The notes under the pieces were generated by a model. The model did not search any database. It saw nothing but the letters and a program-made list of their open reading frames with translations, and had not been told where the DNA came from. The translations under genes and the position numbers were made by a program. From a bacterium (GTDB taxonomy: Bacteria > Patescibacteriota > Patescibacteriia > JAGPKW01), in NCBI GenBank assembly GCA_021780535.1, contig JAJXYN010000012.1, positions 69,688-133,687 on the forward strand: a DNA stretch of 64,000 bases, given 5' to 3'. Shown piece by piece: positions 43,836 through 54,071 of this stretch; the stretch's first letter is position 1; the number at the start of each line of letters is the position of its first letter.

Positions 43836-45116
43836 TTGTATTCTATGCTTGATATTAAATTTATTATTGAAAACCAAGAACTGGTAAAACAGAACTGTAT
43901 TAATAGACTTTCTAAGGTTGATGTTGATTTGTTGTTGTCTAAATATGAAGAGAGATTAAGTATTCTAAAAAAAATTGAATTATTACAAGCTGAGAGAAAT
44001 AAAAATTCTAAGACAAAACCTACTTTAGAAATTATTGAAGAAATAAAAAAGAAAAATTTAGAGATTGAAGAATTACAACCTAAATTAAATATTTTGGAAT
44101 CTGAGGTTAGAGAATTATTGTTGCAAGTGCCAAATATGACTCACAAAGATGTTTTTGTTAGTTTTAATGAAGATGAAAATCCTGTTCTTGAGATTTGTGG
44201 GGAACCTACTAAATTTGATTTTATTCCTAAAGATCATGTTGAACTTGCTGAATCTTTGGATTTGATAGATTTTGATAGAGGTACTAAAGTTGCTGGAGCT
44301 AAATTTTACTATTTAAAAAATGAATTAGCTCTTTTGGAATTTGCATTAACTCAATATGCGCTTGAAGTTTGTGTTAATAGAGGGTTTACTCCATTTGTAA
44401 CTCCAGATTTGGCTAAAAAAGAAATTTTAGAAGGTTTAGGATTTCAACCAAGAGGAGAATCTACACAGATTTATAGTATTGAAAATTCTGATTTATGTTT
44501 AGTTGGAACTGCTGAAATTACTATGGGTGGTTATCATGCAAATGAAGTTTTAGATGAAAAAATTTTACCACTTAAATATGCTGCAGTTTCTCATTGTTTT
44601 AGAACTGAAGCTGGTGCTGCTTCTAAATTTTCAAAAGGTATTTTTAGAGTTCATCAATTTAGTAAAATTGAAATGTTTGCTTACACAACTCCAGAAACAA
44701 GTGAATCTATTCATAAAGAATTACTTGAAATAGAAAAAGAAATTTTTAAAGGATTAAAAATCCCTTTTAGAGTTATTGATCACTGCACTGCTGATCTTGG
44801 TGGGCCATCTATTAGAACTTATGATTTAGAAGCTTGGATGCCTGGAAAACCAAAATCTGACGGGGTTATGGGAAATTGGGGTGAAATAACTTCAACATCT
44901 AATTGTACTGATTTTCAAGCAAGGGGTTTAAATATTAAATATAAAAAAGAAGATGGATCAAAGGAATTTATCCATACTTTAAATGGAACTGCTATATCTA
45001 TGGCTAGAGCTTTGATTTGTATAATGGAAAATAACCAAACGAAAGATGGGGAAATAATAATACCAGAAGTGTTGAGAAAATATTTGAATGGAAGAGAAAA
45101 AATAAGTAGAAAATAA
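43836..45116 (+). CDS. serS: seryl-tRNA synthetase (true start possibly the internal ATG at 43845, MLDIKF...)
   Basis: N-terminal coiled-coil arm. Class II motifs FRTEAGAASKFSKGIFRVHQFSKIEMF and GRE...; C-terminal ...NGTAISMARALICIMEN. Confidence 0.9.
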   Translation: MYSMLDIKFIIENQELVKQNCINRLSKVDVDLLLSKYEERLSILKKIELLQAERNKNSKTKPTLEIIEEIKKKNLEIEELQPKLNILESEVRELLLQVPNMTHKDVFVSFNEDENPVLEICGEPTKFDFIPKDHVELAESLDLIDFDRGTKVAGAKFYYLKNELALLEFALTQYALEVCVNRGFTPFVTPDLAKKEILEGLGFQPRGESTQIYSIENSDLCLVGTAEITMGGYHANEVLDEKILPLKYAAVSHCFRTEAGAASKFSKGIFRVHQFSKIEMFAYTTPETSESIHKELLEIEKEIFKGLKIPFRVIDHCTADLGGPSIRTYDLEAWMPGKPKSDGVMGNWGEITSTSNCTDFQARGLNIKYKKEDGSKEFIHTLNGTAISMARALICIMENNQTKDGEIIIPEVLRKYLNGREKISRK

Positions 45117-45119
45117 ATT

Positions 45120-46130
45120 ATGTTTATAAAGAAAATTGGAATTGATCTTGGTACTATTAATACTTTAGTTTTTGTTCCAAAAAAAGGTATTGTTGTGAAC
45201 GAGCCTTCTGTTGTTGCTATTGATACGAAAACAAAAAAACCTATAGCTATAGGAAATGAAGCCAAAGAAATGATAGGAAGAAACCCAGATGAAATAAGAG
45301 TTTTAAAACCATTGAAAGATGGTGTTATTGCTGATTATACTGCTACTGAGGCTATGCTTAGATATTTTATTACCAAAACTACTGGTAATTTTAAATTTAT
45401 TCATCCAGAAATAATGATTTCTGTGCCTTCTTGTATTACATCTACCGAGAAAAAGGCTGTTATTGATGCTACTATTTCTGCTGGAGCTAAGTCAGCTTAT
45501 ATTATTAAAGAATCTATAGCATCTGCTATTGGTGCTGGTATTCCTGTTGCAGAGGCTTCTGGTCACATGATTATTGATATTGGTGGAGGAACGAGTGAAA
45601 TTGCTGTTATATCTCTCGGTGGTATAGTTGTTTCTCATTCTATTAAAATAGCTGGAAATAAATTTGATAGTGCTATTATTGATTATATTAAAAAAAATTA
45701 TAATTTTTCTATAGGCGAAAGAACCGCTGAAATTGTTAAAATTAAGGTTGGTAGTGCTTTATTTTCTAAAGAAAAACTAACTACCGAAATTACTGGTATA
45801 GATGTTGTGTCTGGTTTGCCTAAAGTTTTTACTGTTAATTCTGATGATGTTACTTTTGCTATACAAGAAGAACTGAAAGCTATAATTGAAGCTATAAAAA
45901 AAGTTTTGCATGATATTCCACCAGAATTATCTTCTGACATTATGGAGAATGGTATAGTTCTTGCTGGTGGTAGTTCTTTGGTTAGAAATATTGATAAATT
46001 ATTTTGTAATGCTCTTGGTATAAAAGTTAGAGTTGCGGAAAACCCTTTGCTTTGTGTTGTAAAAGGTATTAGTATAGTATTAGATCATTTAAATATGTAT
46101 AAAAAAAGTATATTTAGTGGCAGGGGATAA
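45120..46130 (+). CDS. mreB: rod shape-determining protein MreB
   Basis: IGIDLGTINTLVF...NEPSVVAI, actin-fold phosphate motifs, and C-terminal LAGGSSLVRNIDKL. Confidence 0.9.
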   Translation: MFIKKIGIDLGTINTLVFVPKKGIVVNEPSVVAIDTKTKKPIAIGNEAKEMIGRNPDEIRVLKPLKDGVIADYTATEAMLRYFITKTTGNFKFIHPEIMISVPSCITSTEKKAVIDATISAGAKSAYIIKESIASAIGAGIPVAEASGHMIIDIGGGTSEIAVISLGGIVVSHSIKIAGNKFDSAIIDYIKKNYNFSIGERTAEIVKIKVGSALFSKEKLTTEITGIDVVSGLPKVFTVNSDDVTFAIQEELKAIIEAIKKVLHDIPPELSSDIMENGIVLAGGSSLVRNIDKLFCNALGIKVRVAENPLLCVVKGISIVLDHLNMYKKSIFSGRG

Positions 46131-47328
46131 TTTGAAAAAAAGCGAGAAAAAATACAAAACAAATATGAAAATTGCTATTGATGCCTCTCGTGCTAATCTT
46201 GAAAAAAAGACTGGTGTTGAGTGGTATTCTCATAATTTGATACAAGCTTTGAAGAACATAGACAAAGAAAATCAATATTTTTTATATTCTCAAAATGAAT
46301 TAAAAAATGATTTATCTAATTTGCCTGATAATTTTTATACAAGAGTTCTTGCTTGGAATCGTAAAAAATTTTGGACCCAATTAAAATTGTGGTGGCATGT
46401 TAATTATGATAAAAATCGTGTCTTGTTTGTTCCTTCTGGGATGATACCTGTTATTCCTTTTAGAACTTTTAAACTTGTTACGACTATACACGATGTTTGT
46501 TTTCTTGATCATCCAGAATATTATTCAAAAAAAGATTTAATTATGCAAAAAATAGCATTTAGATTAGGTGTTTTTTTTGCAAATAAAATTATAACTGTAT
46601 CAGAATTTTCAAAACAACAAATTATAAAATATTCTAATTGTCGTCCCGGTAAAATTTTTGTTACTCATTTAGGATATGATAAAAATATATATAAAAAAAT
46701 AAATAATAACGACTTTTTTGATAGAATAAAAAAGAAATACTCTTTGCCAGATAAATTTATCCTTTTTATTGGAAGAATTGAGGAAAAGAAAAATATTTTG
46801 AATCAAGTGAAAGCATTTGTTAAATTTAATCAAAAATATTTGGATTATAAGTTTGTTTTGATAGGTAAACCAGGATATGGTTATGATTCTATTAAAACCG
46901 AAATATTTGAACAAAATTTACAAAAAAATTTAATAGAATTAGGTTATGTAAATAAAGACGAAATAGCTCCAATTATAAATATGGCATCTGTATTTCTTTT
47001 TGTTTCTAATTATGAAGGTTTTGGGATACCTATTGTAGAGGCTATGAAATGTGGTACTCCTGTAATAACTTCAAATATGACATCTATGCCAGAAGTTGCC
47101 GGAGATGCCGCATTATACTCTGAGCCAAATAATATTTTGAAAATTAGTGAAAATCTTTGTAATGTGATAGAAAATAAAGATGGCATAAGGGATGAACTTA
47201 TTTTAAAAGGATTTGAAAGAGCCTCTTTGTTTGATTGGGAAAAATGTGCAAGAGAAACATTGTTTGTTTTAAAACAATTAAGAAAAAAAACTTTACGAGA
47301 ATGGATTGCAGAAAAAACTAAAAGATAA
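46117..47328 (+). CDS. glycosyltransferase family 4 (likely true start at internal MKIAIDAS, ~46165)
   Basis: EGFGIPIVEAMKCGTPVITSN, the GT4 E..EAMA signature. Confidence 0.8.
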   Translation: MAGDNLKKSEKKYKTNMKIAIDASRANLEKKTGVEWYSHNLIQALKNIDKENQYFLYSQNELKNDLSNLPDNFYTRVLAWNRKKFWTQLKLWWHVNYDKNRVLFVPSGMIPVIPFRTFKLVTTIHDVCFLDHPEYYSKKDLIMQKIAFRLGVFFANKIITVSEFSKQQIIKYSNCRPGKIFVTHLGYDKNIYKKINNNDFFDRIKKKYSLPDKFILFIGRIEEKKNILNQVKAFVKFNQKYLDYKFVLIGKPGYGYDSIKTEIFEQNLQKNLIELGYVNKDEIAPIINMASVFLFVSNYEGFGIPIVEAMKCGTPVITSNMTSMPEVAGDAALYSEPNNILKISENLCNVIENKDGIRDELILKGFERASLFDWEKCARETLFVLKQLRKKTLREWIAEKTKR

Positions 47329-47457
47329 TATTTTTTATTTTGATTTAATAAAAATTAAAAATACGAGATTTTTATAACCTTGTATTTTTTTTGCACCATT
47401 TTGTTAATATTATTCGTATTAATTAATATATGAAATAATTTAATAAATTATAAAATC

Positions 47458-47853
47458 ATGCAAAATTTAATAAATTTATATAAAACCCCATCAGATTTAT
47501 ATCAAAAAGTTTTAAATAGAATAGAAAACGAGAAAAATATTGCCATAATAAAGAAAAGACTAATAGTATCTTCTGTTGTTTTTAGTATAGCAATAACTTG
47601 TTTTGTGTTTTCTATATTATTCTTTTTAACGGCTGCTTCTCAAAGTGGCTTTTCTCAAATGTTTTCTTTGATATTTTCTGACTTTAACATTATTCCTACA
47701 TACTTTACTAATTTTATTTTGTCTTTACTTGAGAGCTTACCAACATTTAATATAATATTGTCTTTATTGATGGTGTTATTTGTTTCTTCTGTTTCAAGAT
47801 TTTTGACAAAAGATATTAAAAATTTTGTTATTTATTCTCATGTTAAATATTAA
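47458..47853 (+). CDS. hypothetical membrane protein (131 aa)
   Basis: Multiple hydrophobic helices. Confidence 0.4.
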   Translation: MQNLINLYKTPSDLYQKVLNRIENEKNIAIIKKRLIVSSVVFSIAITCFVFSILFFLTAASQSGFSQMFSLIFSDFNIIPTYFTNFILSLLESLPTFNIILSLLMVLFVSSVSRFLTKDIKNFVIYSHVKY

Positions 47854-47864
47854 ATTATAATTTT

Positions 47865-48422
47865 ATGGAAAAAAATGAAAAAAATTCAATAATCAATGAT
47901 TTGTTTAATTCAAAAGTTTTTATTATTTCTATGATATCTGTTGCATCTTTAATTCTTCTTTTATTGGTTTTTAGATTAGGTGTTTTTGTTGGTTTTGAGA
48001 AAGCTAGATTTTCTTATAAATGGAGTGATAATTATTATAGAAACTTTGATGGCCCAAGAAATAATTTTAATGAAATGATGCCATCTCCATTTTCTTTTAA
48101 TGGAGATAGATTTATGAATGCTCATGGCGTTTTTGGAGAAATAATTAAAGTGGATACAAATAGTATAGTAATAAAAGATAAAAATAATATTGAAAAAGTT
48201 GTGTCAATTGGATCTGATACTTCAATACGAGAATTTAAAAAAGATATTAAAATAACTGATTTAAAAATAAATGATAAAATTGTTGTTATAGGCGAACCAG
48301 ACTCTACTGGAAATATTATTGCAAAATTTATAAGAATTTTACCAGATAATATGCCAAATCCTCCACAAGATAATACCGCCTTGCCACCTGCTAATATAGA
48401 TCAGAATTCTTTAAATAAATAA
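47865..48422 (+). CDS. hypothetical protein with N-terminal TM anchor (185 aa)
   Basis: ORF with a hydrophobic N-terminus. Confidence 0.4.
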   Translation: MEKNEKNSIINDLFNSKVFIISMISVASLILLLLVFRLGVFVGFEKARFSYKWSDNYYRNFDGPRNNFNEMMPSPFSFNGDRFMNAHGVFGEIIKVDTNSIVIKDKNNIEKVVSIGSDTSIREFKKDIKITDLKINDKIVVIGEPDSTGNIIAKFIRILPDNMPNPPQDNTALPPANIDQNSLNK

Positions 48423-48443
48423 AATTGATAATCAAAAATAATT

Positions 48444-50459
48444 ATGAACAGAATTTCAGAAAAACCAAAAAGAAAGAAAAAAATTATAATTTCTATAATT
48501 CTTGTTGTTCTTGTTATTATAGGGTTTGTTATTTTTAATACAATTTCTAAACAAGCTTCTGGTGAAACCAAATATACTATGGGTGCTGTAACAAAAGATA
48601 TGTTTATAAAAACATTATCTGGTGGTGGTCAGGTTTATGCTTCAAATCAATATGATATTAAATCTAAAGTATCAACAACTATAACTGATGTTTTGAAAAA
48701 AAATGGAGATAAGGTTAAAAAAGGTGATATAATTTTAAAATTAGATTCTTCAGATTTGAGTCAACAATTAAGAAGTGCTCAAAATAATTTAGCTAATGCA
48801 GAACTTAATTATCAAAAGGCTATTGCTCCAGCCGATGCTGTTAGTTTGGCTCAAGCTCAATCTTCTTTACAAAGTGCAAAAGATAATTTAGAAAAATTAA
48901 AATCTTCTCAAATAACAAATTTATCTTCTGCTAATGACGCTGTTACAAATGCACAAATTTCAGTTTCTAATTCTTATGCAACGACTTTGAATAATATAGA
49001 TACTGCTTTTGCTGGTTTTAACACGATAATTAATGATTCTCAGCAAGTTCTTTATTTGACAGATACTCTTTTACCACAAGATATAACTGGTAATTCTACC
49101 ACTGATCAAAATCTTATAGATATAAATGCATTTTGGAATGTTACTATACCAAAATATTGGCAAGATATTTTAAATTCTACAAATTTTGATTCTGATTCTG
49201 ATAAACAAACATTGCAAACTCTTATACAAAAAGCTACTATTTATTATAAAAATGCGCAAATTATTTACGGAAAGAATGTTATTGATTATAGAAATTTAAA
49301 TAAAACATCTTCTAACGACCAAATAAAGGCGTTTTTGGATGAGGCTATAGCAACATCTCAGTCTATCTCTGATTGTGTTAGAGGATTGAATAATGTTTAT
49401 GGTTATTATATAGATTATAGTAATCAAAGACACAGAACTCTATATTCTAGTATAAATTCTTATAATAATACATTAAAAACAGACACGATTTCAGCCACGA
49501 ATTATCTATCTTCTTTAACTAGCTCTAAAACTGGTTCTAATGGTATTTATGGTGCGGAATCAAATTATCAAGATGCTGTTAATGCTTTAAATTCATTAAA
49601 ACAAACTCAGCCAATGGATCTTAGTGCTGCTCAAAATAATTTGGATATTCAACAAAAATCTTATGATAAATTAAAAAATGGCCCAACGGCATTAGATATA
49701 AAATCTTATCAATTATCTATTGCTTCTGCTCAAGCATCCCTTGCAGATACACAATCTCAACTATCTAATTATATTATAACATCTCCAATAGATGGGGTTA
49801 TAGCTAATCTTCCAGCTTCTGTTGGTAACGATATAACCAACGGAACTACATTGGTTAGTATTGTTAGTCCGGATAGTATTGCTGAATTAACTTTTAATGA
49901 AATTGATGTTGCAAAAATAAAAATTGGACAAAAGGCTACTTTAACTTTTGATGCTATCCCGGATTTAAATTTGACTGGGGAAGTTATAGATATAGATACT
50001 CTAGGTACAGTTTCTCAAGGAGTTGTTTCTTATACTGTTAAAATTGCTTTTGATACTAATGATTCAAGAATTATGCCTGGCATGAGTGTGAATGCGGATG
50101 TTGTAATAACTGCAAATAGTGATGTATTGCTTGTTCCTAATGCTGCCATTAAAACTTCAACATCTGATGGCTCTAGTTATGTCCAAGTTTTCCCTGATAA
50201 TAAATCAACGGGGACGATTACTTCTTCAACTCCTCCTGTTGAAAAAACCGTTGAAGTTGGTTTAAGCAATGATAGTTATACAGAGATTACAAGTGGTTTA
50301 AATGAAGGTGATTTGGTTGTTGTAAAGACAACTATCCCAACTACAACTTCTAAAACTTCTGGCTCTAGTTTACTTCCTGTTGGTGGTGCTAATAGATCTG
50401 GCTTTGGTGGTGGTACTGGTAATATGAGATCATCTGGTGCTGCTAGAATTGGTGGATAA
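48444..50459 (+). CDS. efflux transporter periplasmic adaptor (membrane fusion protein, MacA/HlyD family) with greatly extended coiled-coil region
   Basis: N-terminal TM anchor. Lipoyl and beta-barrel segments ...ITSPIDGVIANLPASVGN...IGQKATLTFDAIPDLNLTGEVIDID. Confidence 0.7.
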   Translation: MNRISEKPKRKKKIIISIILVVLVIIGFVIFNTISKQASGETKYTMGAVTKDMFIKTLSGGGQVYASNQYDIKSKVSTTITDVLKKNGDKVKKGDIILKLDSSDLSQQLRSAQNNLANAELNYQKAIAPADAVSLAQAQSSLQSAKDNLEKLKSSQITNLSSANDAVTNAQISVSNSYATTLNNIDTAFAGFNTIINDSQQVLYLTDTLLPQDITGNSTTDQNLIDINAFWNVTIPKYWQDILNSTNFDSDSDKQTLQTLIQKATIYYKNAQIIYGKNVIDYRNLNKTSSNDQIKAFLDEAIATSQSISDCVRGLNNVYGYYIDYSNQRHRTLYSSINSYNNTLKTDTISATNYLSSLTSSKTGSNGIYGAESNYQDAVNALNSLKQTQPMDLSAAQNNLDIQQKSYDKLKNGPTALDIKSYQLSIASAQASLADTQSQLSNYIITSPIDGVIANLPASVGNDITNGTTLVSIVSPDSIAELTFNEIDVAKIKIGQKATLTFDAIPDLNLTGEVIDIDTLGTVSQGVVSYTVKIAFDTNDSRIMPGMSVNADVVITANSDVLLVPNAAIKTSTSDGSSYVQVFPDNKSTGTITSSTPPVEKTVEVGLSNDSYTEITSGLNEGDLVVVKTTIPTTTSKTSGSSLLPVGGANRSGFGGGTGNMRSSGAARIGG

Positions 50460-50473
50460 TTATAATAAATTAT

Positions 50474-51193
50474 ATGAAAAAAAATAAAAATATAATTGAA
50501 TGTAAAAATATAACTAAAACATATATTAATGGTGGTATTGAAACAAAAGTTTTAAAAGGTATTTCTTTTGAGATTAAAGAAGGTGAATTTGTTGCTATTA
50601 TGGGACCATCTGGTTCTGGGAAATCAACATTAATGCATATATTGGGTGCATTAGATGTTGCTACTAGTGGTGAATATCTTTTAGATGAACACAATGTTTC
50701 AACTTTTACAGATGATGAATTAGCTGATATTAGAATGAACAAAATTGGGTTTGTTTTTCAAGCTTTTAATCTTTTGCCACGTACTACTGTTATGAGGAAT
50801 GTTATGCTTCCTTTAATATATCAAAACGTTCCAGAAGATGAGGCTGAGGATAGAGCTGTGGAAGCTTTAAAAAGTGCTAGTTTTGATGAGGCTAGAATAT
50901 ATAATTTATCAAATCAATTATCTGGAGGACAAATGCAAAGAGTTGCTATTGCTAGAGCTTTAATTAATGATCCATCATTGATATTAGCTGATGAACCAAC
51001 TGGTAATCTTGATAGTAAAACCGGAGAGATTGTTTTAGCTACTTTTGAAAAACTTAATAAAGAAGATGGACATACTATAGTTTTAATTACTCACGAACCT
51101 GACATAGCTATGCATGCTGACAGAACTATTGTTTTAAAAGATGGAGTAATAATTGAAGATAGGGATAATGTTAAATTAAAAATTAAGAAATAA
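50474..51193 (+). CDS. ABC transporter ATP-binding protein (MacB/LolD/FtsE family)
   Basis: Walker A GPSGSGKST, signature LSGGQMQRVAIARAL, Walker B ILADEPTGNLD. Confidence 0.9.
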   Translation: MKKNKNIIECKNITKTYINGGIETKVLKGISFEIKEGEFVAIMGPSGSGKSTLMHILGALDVATSGEYLLDEHNVSTFTDDELADIRMNKIGFVFQAFNLLPRTTVMRNVMLPLIYQNVPEDEAEDRAVEALKSASFDEARIYNLSNQLSGGQMQRVAIARALINDPSLILADEPTGNLDSKTGEIVLATFEKLNKEDGHTIVLITHEPDIAMHADRTIVLKDGVIIEDRDNVKLKIKK

Positions 51194-51202
51194 AAAAATA
51201 AA

Positions 51203-52441
51203 ATGAAACCATATTATTTTTTAAAAGAAGTTTATTATGCTCTCGTATCTAATAAGGTTAGATCTGGCCTTACTGTTCTTGGTATTGTTATAGGTATTGC
51301 TTCTGTAATTTCTATGATAGCTATAGGTCAAGGTTCACAGAATAGTATAAAAGCTAGTGTTGAATCGTTGGGATCTAATCTTATAATTGTTACACCTGGA
51401 CAGCAAAGAGGTTTTGGTTTTCAAGTTAGTGGTGGTAGGGGCGGAGCTCAAACTTTAACTTCAGCTGACGCTGATGCAATATCTCAAAATGTTTCATCAA
51501 TACAAATAATGGACCAAGAATTAAATGGTAGATATCAATTAATAGGAAAAGGAACTAATACAAATACATCTGTAATGGGAACAACAGAAAATTATCCAAG
51601 TGTGAGAAATGTCCAAATTGATCAGGGGAATTTTATATCATCTGCTGATGTTTCTAATATGAATAAAGTTGTTGTTCTTGGTGCAACTGTATTAACTGAT
51701 CTTTTTGGTGATGGAACAGATCCGGCTTCTGTTATTGGACAAACTATTCAAATAAAAACATTGCAAGTAAAAATTATAGGCGTTACGAAGGCTAAAGGTG
51801 GTAACGGATTTAATAATCAAGACGACATGGTTTATATACCATTAACAACAGCTCAACATTATTTAGCGGGTACTAAAACTAAATATATTAGCACACTTGC
51901 TATCCAGGCTGTTGATGAACAATCTATGAGTGATATACAAAATCAAGTAACGCAATTACTTTTAACACGTCATAATATTTCTGATCCAACTGCTGCTGAT
52001 TTTACAGTTACTAATCAATCAGATGTTGTTTCTACGGCGTCTTCTGTAACTGGTACTTTTACAACATTACTTGGTGCTGTTGCTGGTATATCTTTGGTTG
52101 TTGGTGGTATTGGTATTATGAATATGATGCTTACAACCGTTACAGAGAGAACAAGAGAAATAGGACTACGAAAAGCTATTGGAGCAAAAAGAAAAGATAT
52201 AAATTTACAATTTTTGGCGGAAGCTGTTGCTTTAACTTTCATAGGTGGCGCTATAGGAATTTTACTTGGTTGGATAGTTTCAATGATTGTTACAAAATTT
52301 AGCGGTATTGCTACACAAGTTTCTTTATCTTCTGTAATTCTTTCATTTGGTGTTTCTGCTTTAATCGGTGTTGTGTTTGGATATTATCCAGCAAATAGAG
52401 CTTCAAAATTAAGTCCAATAGAGGCGTTAAAATATGAATAA
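51203..52441 (+). CDS. ABC transporter permease (MacB-type periplasmic domain + FtsX TM domain)
   Basis: N-terminal TM helix, large periplasmic domain, and C-terminal FtsX-like 3-TM module ...RTREIGLRKAIGAKRKDI.... Confidence 0.8.
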   Translation: MKPYYFLKEVYYALVSNKVRSGLTVLGIVIGIASVISMIAIGQGSQNSIKASVESLGSNLIIVTPGQQRGFGFQVSGGRGGAQTLTSADADAISQNVSSIQIMDQELNGRYQLIGKGTNTNTSVMGTTENYPSVRNVQIDQGNFISSADVSNMNKVVVLGATVLTDLFGDGTDPASVIGQTIQIKTLQVKIIGVTKAKGGNGFNNQDDMVYIPLTTAQHYLAGTKTKYISTLAIQAVDEQSMSDIQNQVTQLLLTRHNISDPTAADFTVTNQSDVVSTASSVTGTFTTLLGAVAGISLVVGGIGIMNMMLTTVTERTREIGLRKAIGAKRKDINLQFLAEAVALTFIGGAIGILLGWIVSMIVTKFSGIATQVSLSSVILSFGVSALIGVVFGYYPANRASKLSPIEALKYE

Positions 52442-52464
52442 AATTAAAAAATAAAATAAATTAT

Positions 52465-52929
52465 ATGGAAAAAAATAATATGAATAAACAAATTGCTATA
52501 TTTATCGTATCTATAATAATAGTTGGAGGTGGTTCTTTTTTTGGTGGCATGCAATTTCAAAAAAGCCAAAAAACTTCAAATTCAAGTTTTGGAAATTTTC
52601 AAAGACAAGGTGGTGGAATTGGTACTGGAATGACAAGAAGAAATAATGGTGGTGGTTTTTCTAATGGTACTATTTTATCTATGGATGATAAAAGTATTAC
52701 TTTAAAACTTAGGAACGGTGGTTCTCAGATCATATTTTTTGGAGATTCAACTTCAATTTTAAAATCGGATACTGGTGCTAAAAGTGATTTAGCTGTTGAC
52801 CAAAATATTACTGTTACTGGCAAAACTAATTCAGATGGTAGTGTGACTGCTAATTCTATTCAAATAATGCCGATAAGACCTATAAATAATACAGTTAGTA
52901 ATCAACCTCTTATACCAGCTAATAATTAA
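52465..52929 (+). CDS. hypothetical secreted/anchored Gly-rich protein (154 aa)
   Basis: N-terminal TM or signal peptide followed by a G-rich region. Confidence 0.4.
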   Translation: MEKNNMNKQIAIFIVSIIIVGGGSFFGGMQFQKSQKTSNSSFGNFQRQGGGIGTGMTRRNNGGGFSNGTILSMDDKSITLKLRNGGSQIIFFGDSTSILKSDTGAKSDLAVDQNITVTGKTNSDGSVTANSIQIMPIRPINNTVSNQPLIPANN

Positions 52930-52960
52930 ATTTCTAAAATATAAAAAATAATTATATTTT

Positions 52961-53545
52961 ATGGACCAAGCTTCTGATATTGAACTTATAAATAAATATT
53001 TAAAAAATAATGATCAAGAGTCATTTAATCTTTTGATAAAAAAATATTTAGATATGATTTATAATTTTACTTGTATTTATGTTGGAAACAAAGAAGATGT
53101 AGATGATGTTGTGCAAAATACTTTCGTAAAAGTTTGGAAAAATATAAAAAAATTTAATATTGATAAAAATTTTAAAACTTGGATATTTGAAATAGCAAAA
53201 AATACATCACTAGATTATTTAAAAAAGAAAAAAAATATTAATTTTTCTGAATTAAATAATTCTAGTGATAATGATGATGAATTTATAAATTTAATAAAAG
53301 ATGATAACTTTTCTCCAAGTGAGATTTTTGAGAACAAAGAGAACGCTTATTTGGTAAAATCAGAAATTGAAAAGCTTTCAATAAAGTATAAACAAATAAT
53401 AAATCTTTATTATTTTAATGATTTTAACTTTAGGGAGATTTCTGAAATATTAAAAGAGTCTATAGACACAGTAAAAAGTAAGCACAGAAGAGCATTAATC
53501 TTACTTAGAGAAAATTTAAATAAAAATCGTAACATAATTAATTAA
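52961..53545 (+). CDS. RNA polymerase sigma factor, ECF (sigma-70 region 2 + region 4)
   Basis: Region 2 VQNTFVKVWKNIKKFN...FKTWIFEIAKN. Region 4 HTH REISEILKESIDTVKSKHRRAL. Confidence 0.8.
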   Translation: MDQASDIELINKYLKNNDQESFNLLIKKYLDMIYNFTCIYVGNKEDVDDVVQNTFVKVWKNIKKFNIDKNFKTWIFEIAKNTSLDYLKKKKNINFSELNNSSDNDDEFINLIKDDNFSPSEIFENKENAYLVKSEIEKLSIKYKQIINLYYFNDFNFREISEILKESIDTVKSKHRRALILLRENLNKNRNIIN

Positions 53546-53622
53546 TTTAAAATTGTTACGATTTTTGTTTTCGCTAATATTTACTTTTTTAATAAAATAA
53601 TGTATTATATAACTTGTTAAAT

Positions 53623-53697
53623 GGCCTCATCGTCTAGTGGTTAGGACATATCCTTCTCAAGGATGGAACCGGAGTTCGATTCTCCGTGGGGCTACCA
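53623..53697 (+). tRNA. tRNA-Glu (anticodon CTC), encoded 3' CCA
   Basis: Cloverleaf folds by hand. Acceptor GGCCTCA/TGGGGCT (two G-U pairs). D-arm GTCT-AGTGGTTA-GGAC. Anticodon stem TATCC/GGATG with loop TTCTCAA. T-arm CGGAG-TTCGATT-CTCCG. The 5' half TCGTCTAGTGGTTAGGAC resembles bacterial tRNA-Glu. Confidence 0.8.
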
Positions 53698-53726
53698 AAA
53701 AATTAATAATTTAATAATTTAAAAAA

Positions 53727-53912
53727 ATGAAGATAGAAAAAGACATTGAAGAAAAAAAATTAGCCAATTCATCTATTTCATCTTTTGAATCTGATGATTG
53801 GGATGAAGAAGATTGTGATTGTGAAGAAGGTTGTTGTGATAGTGAAGACGTAGAGGGGAATTGTCCAGCTAGTGGATGTATTGGATGTTCTGGCGGACAT
53901 TGTAGTAGATAG
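53727..53912 (+). CDS. small acidic Cys-rich peptide (61 aa; 10 Cys in the C-terminal 32 residues)
   Basis: MKIEKDIEEKKLANSSISSFESDDWDEEDCDCEEGCCDSEDVEGNCPASGCIGCSGGHCSR. Has its own terminator. Confidence 0.45.
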   Translation: MKIEKDIEEKKLANSSISSFESDDWDEEDCDCEEGCCDSEDVEGNCPASGCIGCSGGHCSR

Positions 53913-53920
53913 TAAAATTG

Positions 53921-53946
53921 TACGTGACTTTTCACGTATTTTTTAT
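53921..53946 (+). terminator. intrinsic terminator (TACGTGA-cttt-TCACGTA + T run)
   Basis: Perfect 7-bp stem followed by a T7 run. Confidence 0.6.
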
Positions 53947-54071
53947 TTAAGTTTATAAACATTGAATAATAATATTTTACACTTCATTTGTTATTTTATA
54001 AGTGATATAATAAAAGAAAATAATTATCTCTAATTTAGATTTGGTAACTATTAAAAAAGGTAAAACAAATT

